A stretch of DNA of 32,000 bases, from contig NC_006833.1 in assembly GCF_000008385.1 (NCBI RefSeq), positions 1,048,085 to 1,080,084 of the forward strand, written 5' to 3'. The first letter of the stretch is position 1. The number at the start of each line of letters is the position of its first letter. A model generated the notes under the pieces. The model saw nothing but the letters and a program-made list of their open reading frames with translations. It made no database searches and was not told where the DNA came from. The stretch comes from Wolbachia endosymbiont strain TRS of Brugia malayi. GTDB taxonomy: Bacteria; Pseudomonadota; Alphaproteobacteria; Rickettsiales; Anaplasmataceae. A program made the position numbers and the translations under genes. Positions 20,152 through 30,355 of this stretch are shown here, piece after piece.

Positions 20152-20567
20152 GTTTCTTTTGCTTTTTTTCCTGCTTGGTGAGTTCCTTAATATTTGTGGC
20201 TGCCAACATCCCAGCGCGTGATACTAGCTTCTCATACTGGAAAACCATAGAATGATAGAAAATAGTAAATAAATTTACTAAGATTCTAGTGTCACGCACT
20301 GGAATGACATCGTTTACCATTAAACATCGATGTTACAATATCCACATACTTGACACTGGAATCTAGTATGATTTAATTAACCAAGAAATAGAGATATTCA
20401 CATGAAAAAATTATGTAGTGAAGCTGAACGCCAGTGTCAGCTACTTTTATGACAGGGAGAGGCTACTTGAATAACAGGTAGCTATGCAAGAAGCCTGATA
20501 ACCGATAAATGTGTTTATACATTTTTATTGATTATTAAAGCTTTAACCAAAGCGTTTATAATGCCCA

Positions 20568-21557
20568 TTAAGCACGATAGAGGAAATCATTTATAATTGC
20601 CATAGCAACCAGTGTTGAAACCTGGCGTGCCTTGTGATTGGATAAATGGAGGTTTTTATCCGACTTTACAACAAGGGCTTCTGGATGACTCTGAAAGTAA
20701 ATATTACCATGCTTATCTTCAATAGCCTCTATTACCCCATCATTGGAAAACGCTGCAATTTTATATCCAAGCAATTCTAATTTCCTTCTGTTTTCTGGCC
20801 TATTGTTCACTGTCCCTGAATGAGCATCTGGAAAACATGTTGAAAACCAGCCATTTTTATCGGGTAATAAAAATTTAGCTACTACCTTTGCTAAATGACT
20901 ATTTGGAACAATCTTTATCTGCTGGAAAGTTACATCCTCTTGCTGTGGATTAGGTGCAGATTTCAAATGAGATCTTCGCTGTTCTTCATCGCTTACAAAG
21001 TTTTCCACGTGCACTACTTCAATTCCTTTTGCACTCATAATTCCTTGTAAACCTCCACATATGCTAAGCAAATGAATTGTAGGGTTATCATCGACTATTT
21101 TCACAATCGCTTCAGTAACAAGCTGGCAACAAGGAGTAGGCGGAAAGGGTTCTGAATGTAAATTGTAATAGTTCTCCGGAATAAATATTCTATTTATTTT
21201 GTGCCCCTTAATGAATTGCCCAATTTCAATTTTTATTCGGTCTAATATCAACTTTTTTGCCAGCATCTCGTCTTGTTTTAAAAGGCTGAGTAATTCTTCT
21301 TGGATTTTTTTAAGGTTGATTATTTTATTACAGTCGATGAATACGGTTCTAACTCCAAAACTATTGAACATCTCGTAGATACTTTGAAACAAGCCAAGCT
21401 CATGCGGATATGTTTCTTTTTCTGTTTTCAACAAACCAACCACTATGTCGCTGCCTATTTGATGCATACTTTCACTAGCGTCAGCATAAGTGACATTACT
21501 TAATAATAGAACTATAATTAATAGAATATTAAATATTCTATTATAATATTGATACAT
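20568..21557 (-). CDS. Gamma-glutamyl-gamma-aminobutyrate hydrolase-like class I glutamine amidotransferase (peptidase C26-like) with an N-terminal signal sequence
   Basis: Nucleophile elbow HLLSICGGLQGIMSAKGIEVVHVE and catalytic FQSHPEAL. N-terminus MYQYYNRIFNILLIIVLLLSNVTYADA looks like a Sec signal. Confidence 0.8.
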   Translation of the reverse strand: MYQYYNRIFNILLIIVLLLSNVTYADASESMHQIGSDIVVGLLKTEKETYPHELGLFQSIYEMFNSFGVRTVFIDCNKIINLKKIQEELLSLLKQDEMLAKKLILDRIKIEIGQFIKGHKINRIFIPENYYNLHSEPFPPTPCCQLVTEAIVKIVDDNPTIHLLSICGGLQGIMSAKGIEVVHVENFVSDEEQRRSHLKSAPNPQQEDVTFQQIKIVPNSHLAKVVAKFLLPDKNGWFSTCFPDAHSGTVNNRPENRRKLELLGYKIAAFSNDGVIEAIEDKHGNIYFQSHPEALVVKSDKNLHLSNHKARQVSTLVAMAIINDFLYRA

Positions 21558-21648
21558 TATGATTTACTTCTTTAAGATTTATATTAACATAATAACATAT
21601 TATAGAACATTTTACAACAAAATAGTAATTTTGACAAGAAAGGGAAAG

Positions 21649-21721
21649 TGGCCTGAGCAGGAGTCGAACCAGCGACACAAGGATTTTCAGTCCTTTGCTC
21701 TACCAACTGAGCTATCAGGCC
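21649..21721 (-). tRNA. tRNA-Phe (GAA)
   Basis: Reverse complement folds as a cloverleaf: GGCCTGA acceptor paired with TCAGGCC, anticodon arm AAGGA-CTGAAAA-TCCTT, T arm GCTGG-TTCGACT-CCTGC. CCA is not encoded. Confidence 0.96.
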
Positions 21722-21802
21722 AACTGTATGCTTTCATTTTTAGATAAAAAATGTTATTATGTCTATTAAAAGTTTTTAAAGCAATTTATATAAAAATAAA
21801 GG

Positions 21803-22306
21803 ATGAACATTAATAACAGAATAGGTATTTACCCAGGCACATTTGATCCTATCACTTTTGGACATATTGACATAATAAAAAGAGCATGTAAACTAGTAGA
21901 TAGATTAATCATCGGCGTTGCAGAAAATATTAATAAGCATACTACTTTCGATGCAAAGCTACGCACAAGCATGGCCGAAAACGAAATTAAAAGATTAGAA
22001 ATTGACGTAGATGTTGTATCTTTTAACGGGCTATTAGTGAAGTTTGCCAAAGAGCAGAACGCTTCTGTTATCATTAGAGGATTAAGAGCAGTATCGGATT
22101 TTGATTATGAGTTCCAAATGAGTTGGGTAAATTACAAGCTTCTTCCTGAAATTGAAACCATCTTTCTTCCTGCCTCTGAGGATACTCAGTTTATCTCATC
22201 AAGTTTTGTAAAAGAAATAGCAAGATTAGGAGAAAGTGTTAGCAAATTTGTGTCAGTGGGTGTTCAGAAAGAGTTGATTAATTTGAATAGGATAGGAAGT
22301 GAATAA
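21803..22306 (+). CDS. coaD: Phosphopantetheine adenylyltransferase
   Basis: IGIYPGTFDPITFGHIDIIKRA, VIIRGLRAVSDFDYEFQM and TQFISSSFVKEIARLG are hallmark CoaD motifs. Confidence 0.96.
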   Translation: MNINNRIGIYPGTFDPITFGHIDIIKRACKLVDRLIIGVAENINKHTTFDAKLRTSMAENEIKRLEIDVDVVSFNGLLVKFAKEQNASVIIRGLRAVSDFDYEFQMSWVNYKLLPEIETIFLPASEDTQFISSSFVKEIARLGESVSKFVSVGVQKELINLNRIGSE

Positions 22307-22374
22307 TAGTATTTATTTTCTATTCTCAAACGTATATATTCAATATATAAAATATTATAAACTAAAGGAGCAAC

Positions 22375-22572
22375 ATGGCAGAAGTGAGGGTTAACAAAAG
22401 AAAAGTTTGTTGTCATGGTGATGGAAACAATGAGGGTTCTGGTCACCCATTAATATACTTAGATATGGGAGAAGAGGAGGAAATAGCCTGTCCTTATTGT
22501 GAAAAAACGTTTGTCCATGACTGTACTGTAGAAGCAGTTAAGGAGGGAATAATGGCTAAGGATGAGTTTTAA
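22375..22572 (+). CDS. Small zinc-finger domain protein (zf-CHCC/NDUFS6-like)
   Basis: 65 aa: VCCHGDG...GHPLIYLDMG...IACPYCEKTFV. The Cys/His spacing resembles CHCC zinc-finger proteins. Confidence 0.8.
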   Translation: MAEVRVNKRKVCCHGDGNNEGSGHPLIYLDMGEEEEIACPYCEKTFVHDCTVEAVKEGIMAKDEF

Positions 22573-22595
22573 TAGTACTTCATTTTTTAAGTCAG

Positions 22596-23222
22596 TTAAC
22601 TTATATAGATAGCAATAAGAGGAGAAGTGAAAATGAAACTGTCCATGCGGTCAAGTATCCCTCCATGGCCGGGTATTATACTTCCACTATCTTTAACATT
22701 GTAAACTCTTTTGATGAGTGATTCAGTAAAATCACCAAGTTGTGCTAGAAGAGCAATTGTAAATCCAATGATTGGAGAATATAAAATTGAAAATAGGCCA
22801 AAAAGTATTGATCCAAAAATTGTGCACACTATTCCAGCCAAGATTGCGCCAAGAAATCCTGACCAAGTCTTGCCAGGGCTAATAATTGGGCAAACTCTGG
22901 CCCCACCAAAATTCTTGCCAAACAGATAGGCAGTAATATCGATGCTCCAAATGGTTAAGATGAGCCATACTAACGCGTACTTTCCTTGCGGTAGGTTGTA
23001 TAAATATATTAATGAGGCATTTGGTAGTGCAATCAATAACAATGCGAAAACATACAAGATTCTGTTTCCCTGAGTTAGGTTATACCATTCAAAGGAAGAC
23101 AAAACCGCTATCGAAAAAATCAATAGGTAAAATGATAAATCACTGAAGTATGTCGAAAAAGAAAATATGAACAATATTACTACTGAAGATAGTATTCTAA
23201 TTATAAAATTGTTATCTACCAT
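22596..23222 (-). CDS. cdsA: Phosphatidate cytidylyltransferase
   Basis: C-terminal signature QLGDFTESLIKRVYNVKDSGSIIPGHGGILDRMDS and multi-TM profile. Overlaps the uppS 3' end by 11 bp. Confidence 0.94.
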   Translation of the reverse strand: MVDNNFIIRILSSVVILFIFSFSTYFSDLSFYLLIFSIAVLSSFEWYNLTQGNRILYVFALLLIALPNASLIYLYNLPQGKYALVWLILTIWSIDITAYLFGKNFGGARVCPIISPGKTWSGFLGAILAGIVCTIFGSILFGLFSILYSPIIGFTIALLAQLGDFTESLIKRVYNVKDSGSIIPGHGGILDRMDSFIFTSPLIAIYIS

Positions 23223-23907
23223 ACCTTTTCTCCCTTTTCGTATAATCCTCTAGTGCTTTGCTCAAATCTTGACAAGAAAAATCAGGCCATAAAGTATCAC
23301 AAAAATACAATTCAGCGTAAGCTGCTTGCCACAACAAAAAATTACTTAACCTTTTCTCACCACCAGTGCGAATTAATAAATCCAACTTTGGTAGATCTTT
23401 AGTATATAGAAATTTCTCAAACTCGTCTTCTGATACACAATCAATATTTTTTCTCGTGATATTTCTCACAGCGTGTATAATTTCTTGTTTTGCTCCATAG
23501 CTGACTGCTACAGTAAGCAATAGACCATCGTTCTTACGTGTCATTTCTTCTGATTCTTTAATCTGGTTAAGTATTTTTCCAGGCAATAAACTTAAATTAC
23601 CAACAAAATTCAATTTAATGTTATAGTTGTGAAAGAAATTAACTTTATCTCTATCAGTTAGAATAGAGTAAAATAAGTCAAATAGACAGTCAGTTTCTTC
23701 TTTAGGTCTAAGCCAATTCTCCATGGAAAACGCGTACAAAGTTAAATAGGGTATGGCTAGGGCTATACAATGCTTAGCAATATCATATGCAACTTCACTA
23801 CCTTTTCTATAACCATCAATTTTTACCCTTCCTTGACTGTTTGCCCACCTACTGTTACCATCCATAATGATTGCTAAATGTTTCGGTAGAGATTCGAGGT
23901 TCAACAT
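23212..23907 (-). CDS. uppS: Isoprenyl transferase (undecaprenyl diphosphate synthase)
   Basis: HLAIIMDGNSRWANSQG, TLYAFSMENW and DLLIRTGGEKRLSNFLLWQAAYAELYF. Confidence 0.95.
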   Translation of the reverse strand: MLNLESLPKHLAIIMDGNSRWANSQGRVKIDGYRKGSEVAYDIAKHCIALAIPYLTLYAFSMENWLRPKEETDCLFDLFYSILTDRDKVNFFHNYNIKLNFVGNLSLLPGKILNQIKESEEMTRKNDGLLLTVAVSYGAKQEIIHAVRNITRKNIDCVSEDEFEKFLYTKDLPKLDLLIRTGGEKRLSNFLLWQAAYAELYFCDTLWPDFSCQDLSKALEDYTKREKRYGR

Positions 23908-23959
23908 TTAGAGCTTACCTAGTTCTGATTTAAATGAAATTTTCTCGACCTCAGTTGGT

Positions 23960-24090
23960 ACCTAGAAGACGTCATTTTAGTGCCCAGACACTGGGATCCA
24001 GAAAATTTGATTTTAAACGAGTACATCAAATAGTTGTGTGGTAAAGACTGGACTCCACTGTCAAGCACTGGAATGATATCATTCACTACC
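23960..24090. repeat. Short imperfect palindromic repeat in the uppS-frr spacer
   Basis: agtgcccagacactgggatccag (23980-24002) faces the related inverse ctggactccactgtcaagcactgga. Related 'gtgtca(c)gcactgg/agaatgaca' strings occur near 852-905 and 20285-20365. Confidence 0.5.
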
Positions 24091-24101
24091 TTCATATTCA
24101 C

Positions 24102-24659
24102 TTAATAATTCAGTATATCCTTTTCTTTGATAGATAATTCACCATCAATTTTTTTAATATTATCGTCAGTAATATTTTGTATTTCCTTTTTAGCGTTATG
24201 AAAATCATCTTCTGAGATTTTTTTATTTTCCTGCATTCTCTCTATTTCTTCCATAATATCTCTGCGTATATTCCTAATGGCAACCCGTGCGTTCTCAGCA
24301 AACTGGTGCAATAACTTTACTAATCTCTCACGGGTCTCTTGCGTTAGGTCTGGAAGAACTATACGTATGGTATTACCCTCAACAACAGGATTTAAATTTA
24401 GATTAGCATTTAATATAGCATTTTTTACTTCACCTATAACGCCAATGTCCCAAACTTTAATTAACAGGGTTTTATTGTCTGTAACTGAAACACCTGCAAC
24501 TTGATTTAGTTTTTGATGTCCACCATAGATATTTACAACTATTCCATCAAGTAATGACGCGCTAGCTCTACCAGTACGTATACCTTTAATATCATTATAA
24601 AAAGATTGAATAGTTTTCAGCATCCTTTCTTTTGTTTTAGTTTTTATTTCTTTTAACAT
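24102..24659 (-). CDS. frr: Ribosome recycling factor
   Basis: FYNDIKGIRTGRASASLLDGI, VLPDLTQETRERLVKLLHQFAENARVAIRNIRRD. Confidence 0.96.
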   Translation of the reverse strand: MLKEIKTKTKERMLKTIQSFYNDIKGIRTGRASASLLDGIVVNIYGGHQKLNQVAGVSVTDNKTLLIKVWDIGVIGEVKNAILNANLNLNPVVEGNTIRIVLPDLTQETRERLVKLLHQFAENARVAIRNIRRDIMEEIERMQENKKISEDDFHNAKKEIQNITDDNIKKIDGELSIKEKDILNY

Positions 24660-24669
24660 AAATTACCTA

Positions 24670-25410
24670 TCATTCACAATCTGAAACTATGGTGTAAGTA
24701 CCGTGACCTTTAACGATATTGACTATTTTTTCTTCTTTCAAAGAAAAAACTATAATTGGAATAGAATTCTCACGCGCAAGTGAGATTGCTGATGCATCCA
24801 CGACTTTTAAATCACGAGTCAATAAATCCATATAAGAAAGTCTATCATACATTACAGCATCCTCATTTTTTTTCGGATCAGCAGAGTATACACCATTTAC
24901 TTGTGTACCTTTTAGGATAGCATCACAATTTGTTTCAACAGCACGTAAAGCTGCGGCTGTATCTGTAGTAAAAAATGGATTACCTGTGCCTGCTGCAAAG
25001 ATCACTACTCTACCCTTTTCTAAATGATGAATAGCTTTCCTCCTTATATAAGGTTCACATATAGTGACCATAGGTATTGCAGAGAGTACCTTAGAATTTA
25101 CTGAATTTTTCTCTAAAAAATTTTGTAAAATTAAAGCATTTATTATAGTTGCAAGCATTCCAATATAATCACTACTCGCTCTTTCACAACCACTCAAAGA
25201 TGCGGATGCACCACGAAAGATATTACCGCCACCAACAACAATACATACCTGAACTCCAAGCTTGTAAATATCAGATATATCTTTGCACAATTGATCTATG
25301 AGCTCCATATCATGGCCAAAAGGCCGAGATCCCATCAGAGCCTCACCAGAGATTTTAAATAACACCCTGGAGTACTTTATTTTACTTCCTTTACCCGTTG
25401 AGGCATGCAT
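24670..25410 (-). CDS. pyrH: Uridylate kinase
   Basis: [37 protein letters not shown]-type motif [19 protein letters not shown]. Confidence 0.96.
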   Translation of the reverse strand: MHASTGKGSKIKYSRVLFKISGEALMGSRPFGHDMELIDQLCKDISDIYKLGVQVCIVVGGGNIFRGASASLSGCERASSDYIGMLATIINALILQNFLEKNSVNSKVLSAIPMVTICEPYIRRKAIHHLEKGRVVIFAAGTGNPFFTTDTAAALRAVETNCDAILKGTQVNGVYSADPKKNEDAVMYDRLSYMDLLTRDLKVVDASAISLARENSIPIIVFSLKEEKIVNIVKGHGTYTIVSDCE

Positions 25411-25420
25411 TTTTAACTAC

Positions 25421-26290
25421 TTAATTTTTACTACCCAAAACAAGCAACTTGTAATCAGACAATTCAACTGGAGAATTCACACTAGACTCACTTAACCTCA
25501 TAAAATCAGAAATTTTCATTTTATCATCCTTTATAAACTTTTGTTCTAGTAAAATAACTTCTTCATAGTACTTAGCCATTCGGCCATCTACTATTTTTTT
25601 CGTCACTTCTTCAGATTTATTTAAGCCTTTTACTTGCTCTTCAATTATAGAACGCTCATTGTTCATCTTTGTTTGATCTAAGTTATCTATAGAAAGAGCT
25701 TCAGGTTTCATAGCAACTACATGCATTGCTATTTGTTTCCCAACCTCTTGCAACTTTGACTTATCGCCAGATGATCGCAATGCAACCAAAGCACCAGTCT
25801 TACCTAAGCCACGCACATCACCATGAACATAACCAGCAATAACTCCGTCTTTAGCTTCTAGGTAACAAAGTCTACTTAGTTCCAATTTTTCACCAAGAAC
25901 CGATGTACCATTCATGATAGCTTCCTGCACTGTGCCAACACCTTCATACTTAGCATTTTTTAACTTATCAATGCTAGTACAGCGTTCTTGGTAAGCAATC
26001 GACGCTAAATTTGAAATTAATTCTATAAATTTCTCATTTCTTGCAACAAAATCAGTTTCACAATTCAATTCAATTAACACACCGCAGCTTTCAGCCAAAT
26101 GCATAGCAATTAGTCCATCTGAAGCTACCCTATCAATCTTTTTATCAGCTTTAGCAAGTCCTATTGCACGTAATTTGCCAATAGCTTCCTTAATATCACC
26201 ACTACACTCCTCTAAAGCTTTTTTACAATCACTCAAACCAAGCCCTGTCCTGTCACGTAGTTCTCTTATATTATCTGGATTCATCTTCAT
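25421..26290 (-). CDS. tsf: Elongation factor Ts (start may be the second Met, [14 protein letters not shown])
   Basis: [30 protein letters not shown] and [14 protein letters not shown] signatures. Confidence 0.96.
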
Positions 26291-27125
26291 TCGTTACTAC
26301 CTCCTTTTCATCTTCTTTATAAACTTTACTACGCCCCTTTTTAGTTCGTATAATACTATCTCCTTTTTCTTGAATAAACTCTTCATCTTTTATATCACCA
26401 ACTTTAACTCCAGATCTTGCCAAACTAGATTCCATTCCAGCTAATATAGAGTCAGCAGCCAGTCTACAATAGAGTTCTATTGATTTTCTTGAGTCATCAT
26501 TTCCCGGTATAGGATAAGTAATACCATCTGGATCAGAATTAGTATCAAGTATTGCAACTACCGGAATTTCTAATTTTTCAGCCTCTTTGACTGCAATGTG
26601 CTCTTTATTAGTATCAATTATAAATAAAACATCTGGAACTGCTCCCATCTCTCTGATACCACCCAGCGCCTTATCAAGTTTCTGCCTTTTTTTTTCAATA
26701 TTTCCTAATTCTTTCTTCGTTAAAATGCTATTTTCAGCATTCAGTACCTTCTCATATTGAACTAGTGTCTTTATCGAAGAAGAAATAGTTCCCCAGTTAG
26801 TAAGCATACCACCGAGCCATCGATAATTTACGTAATATTGACCACAACGAATCGCTTCACTTGCAATAATATCCAGAGCTTGAAATTTTGTACCAACAAA
26901 CAGAATACGACCACCCTGAAATGCAACATTATACAAAACTTTCATGGCTGCCTGTAGCAATGGTAATGTTTTCCGCAGATCAATTATATGTATACGATTT
27001 TCTTGATGCACTCCATATATATATGGAGCCATTTTTGCATTCCAGCGACTAATTTTATGACCAAAATGCACACCAGACCTAGCTAAATCACGTACAGTAA
27101 CTTCAGGCAAATTTGCCATATTCAT
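26271..27125 (-). CDS. rpsB: 30S ribosomal protein S2
   Basis: [71 protein letters not shown]. Confidence 0.97.
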
Positions 27126-27301
27126 CCCCCAAATAGTTTACCCTCCATGGCACAACCTTTAATTAGGACTACTTGCATGAGCCATGTGTGAAATTAAATC
27201 ATTTACATGGTAATATAAAAGACAACAAAATGCAAACAAAAAATATTGACAAAAGGCAGCACATTTATTAACTTTAAAGTTAATAATACTAAAAGGAAGC
27301 A

Positions 27302-27375
27302 GGGGGTGTAGCTCAGTTGGTTAGAGCGCATGCCTGTCACGCATGAGGTCGTGAGTTCAAGTCTCATCACTCCCG
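27302..27375 (+). tRNA. tRNA-Asp (GTC)
   Basis: Cloverleaf: GGGGGTG acceptor with CACTCCC, anticodon arm CATGC-CTGTCAC-GCATG, T arm GTGAG-TTCAAGT-CTCAT, discriminator G. CCA is not encoded. Confidence 0.96.
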
Positions 27376-27698
27376 CATATCGTTTTAGTACAGTTTTAAA
27401 CCAGCTATATTAATTTTTTTTACCCTAATTTAAGTACATAATAGCACAGTGGAATAGACTTCTTACATGACCTAGAAAAAACAAATAGTTATTATTTTAA
27501 ATATTAGTGTTTTATAATGCCACTGCTCTTAAGTTACTTTAATATTTAAGAAATTTACCAAATAGAAAAAAGGGCAAAAGAAACTCTGGTTAATATCTAT
27601 TTAGAAACATTGCATTTTTTTATATCTTAAATACTTAATAACCGCGACTCAGCTGTTTTTTATCGCAACTAAGCTCTAGCCATAAACGTTTTAGAAAT

Positions 27699-28957
27699 TT
27701 ACGTATCCATTCAGCGGAGTAGCAAAATAAGATAGACAAGGTAGTATAAAAGATAACGATAGAGCAAAAGTGAGGTAATATGGTAAATCTTTTAGAACTT
27801 TACAGAAGTCTGGAGCAGAAAATAGCAAAGTTAGAAACAAAAATAGAAAGATTGGAAAGAGAGAATGAAAGTCTAAAGGCAGAGAACAAGACTTTGAAGA
27901 TAGAAAATGCTGAGTTAAAGGAAAAGCTCGGTTTAAATTCAAAAAATTCATTATGTGATAAACCATACATCCACCAAGTTGATCTTCCGAAGATCGAGTC
28001 TTATGTAATGGAATATCAACTTACCGGAAGGTGTTATACCAGACACATTTAGGCCAAGGGTTAAGTTGATAATTGCAGCATTCAGCAAGTTTTATAAAAA
28101 TTCGAAATATGGAATAGCGAATATTATAATGACATTTTCAATGTGAACATAAGTGTTGGTAGCATATCAAACAGTGAACATAGAATAGCTTCAAAATGTG
28201 AAGAAATGTATTAGCAGATTAAACAAGAAGTAAGTACAAGCAAAGTTCTTTATATTGACGAAACCAGCCATTACAATAAAGGTAAGCTTAGTTAGTGCTG
28301 GATGTTTACAAGTAATACGGCAAGTTTTGTAAAGTTGACAGAGTTAAGAGGAATGAAAGTTTAAAAAAATAGTAAATTCTGCAATTGTCATAGCTTAGTA
28401 ATAACTAACAGGTATGCAGCATACGGTTATTTTACTGATAAAAAGAGACAGATTTGTTGGACTCATTTATCAAGAGATTTTGAAAGATTAGCCTATAGTT
28501 GTAACAGAGAAGTCAAAGTTCTCGCCTGTTATTTAAGAAACGTTGCTGCTGAGTTATTTGCACTAAAAGAGCCTTACTAAAGAATGAGATAGATATTTTA
28601 AGATTTGTCAGGCGTACCAGAAAATTGTGAAAGTGCACAAGGTATTACTTGAAGGAGATATCCCAGTTACCTAAAACAATTGGAGCCTCTCGAGTTGCAA
28701 AAAATATTTTGAAGTTGAAAGGACGATGTGGAAATTTTTGGATGAACCAGGAAACATTCTGCTAACGAACAACCATACTGAACGGCAAACACTGCATTAT
28801 ATCGTTTATACAAAAATCCATATTTTACATAATCGGGACAAAGAAATGCATTTTTTGAATGGGTAATTTCATTATACTTAACATGGAAACAAAAGGAGCT
28901 AAATCCTTTCCATAATCTCCTATCTATCGTCTCTCACACCGCTTAGCTGAATGGATA
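27699..28957 (+). mobile_element. Decayed IS66-family element, copy B (same disruptions as copy A)
   Basis: Matches 1026..2284 at a constant offset of 26673 with no gap found by eye. Inverted ends gtatccattcagc (27703-27715) / gctgaatggatac (28946-28958). Confidence 0.82.
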
Positions 28958-30290
28958 CAGTTAAAAATATCGACAACATCTTTATGAATCTTTCTCCACG
29001 TTCTGACCAAGTGAAAAAGCTGTTCTTACAATAGATTACATAGCGCCTCATTTACCGTTCTGCAAGGTTATTGGTTGTATCTATCACTTCAAGTTTTCGT
29101 AAAAACTTCCATATCCTCAGATCTTAACATCTTGGCAGCCATCCTCAAAGTTTGAGTACCATTTATAACCCTAGTCATTTTACACAAAAGATGTTCTACC
29201 CTTTTTCAAAATTTTTACATTAGTTGATAAAATCGTAAATCATCTACCAAATTTTATTTTTTTGCTTTTGTACCACAAATACTCTGTTATTGAGTGACTT
29301 GAGCGCCTGGCCAATTTTGCTCACTTCAATATTTTTACTATACGCAAATCTTTGAAAATCTCTTGTCAAATGTGTCCAACATATCTATCTATTTTCAAAC
29401 TAAAATAATTGTACGCAGCGTATTGTTGCTTACAACTATGCCATTGTATTCTGGCAGTAAACTTTGCAACACCTTCTTGCCACGAGACTCGGTCATCTTT
29501 AGAAGTGTCAGAGCGCTTTGTTGTTATTACCCAACCCAGCCTCTTTCTCCTTGATTTCTGTGCTATGTTTCATCTATATGCAGGTTTCTTTCAATTCTTC
29601 CTTCATTTTCTCATATTCAGATGCGCATCTTTTGATACTCTGTGCTCAGTCTTTGATACTAAACTAAGACTTATATTGAGGTTAAATATACTGCTTAAAA
29701 TTTGTTGTACTTTTCTTTTCGAGTTAATAAAAAAGCCACTTAGGCTGCTAATTGTTGTTTTAGCATTGAACCCTAGAGGACCTCTTGAAACCCCCATGGT
29801 TAAACTAGCTGAACCCTTCCTATCACAAGCTCTGTAATAGTTTCTTTGCAACCTGTACTCAGTTACGATTGGTTTGATTTCTGGTAATTCTACCTTTTAA
29901 TGGACAATTTCATCTTCTAAAACAACCTTATTTCCACACACACAAACCTGATAAAATTGTATAGTCTACTACTATATTTGCTACCATCAAATCTCACTTA
30001 TATACCTTATGCCCTGGCTGACCTCCTGGTTTTTTATCACTTTTCTTTTTTGTTTTTTTGCGATATATATCTTGCGATGGTGGTAGAGATGAACTTTTTG
30101 AGTTCAGACCCAGTTTATCTTCTAGCTCAATTATTTTTGCTTTTAAGCCATCATTTTCTATAATCAGAGCCTTTATTTCTTCTTTGAGATTAGCGTTTTT
30201 TGATTTGTACGCCACAATCTTTTCTGCAGCCCTGTTATCATACCCACTCTATACTTAGCTTCTCATGTCTTTACACTTTTACAATCACTT
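28958..30290 (-). pseudogene. Second, distinct IS66-family transposase relic
   Basis: Minus-strand pieces appear in IS66 order. The N-terminus is KLGLNSKSSSLPPSQDIYRKKTKKKSDKKPGGQPGHK (29994..30215). A degraded middle follows (29603..29851 and the region below it). The C-terminal part is VIDTTNNLAER-MRRYVIYCKNSFFTWSERGERFIKMLSIF (about 28970-29100). Internal stops and frameshifts are present; the upper boundary is approximate. Confidence 0.78.
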
Positions 30291-30355
30291 TGTAAATCCC
30301 TTATCTCCGTGAACGGTTATAAGAAATTTAATAAGTAGAAAAAAGGTAAAAAAAA

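Noticed and set aside
23919-24101. 60 aa minus-strand ORF in the uppS-frr spacer
   Set aside because: It coincides with a palindromic repeat and has no recognisable protein signature, so the repeat explains it better.
29363-29837. Plus-strand ORFs 29363..29554 and 29409..29837
   Set aside because: Antisense to the second IS66 transposase relic, whose minus-strand motifs explain this region.
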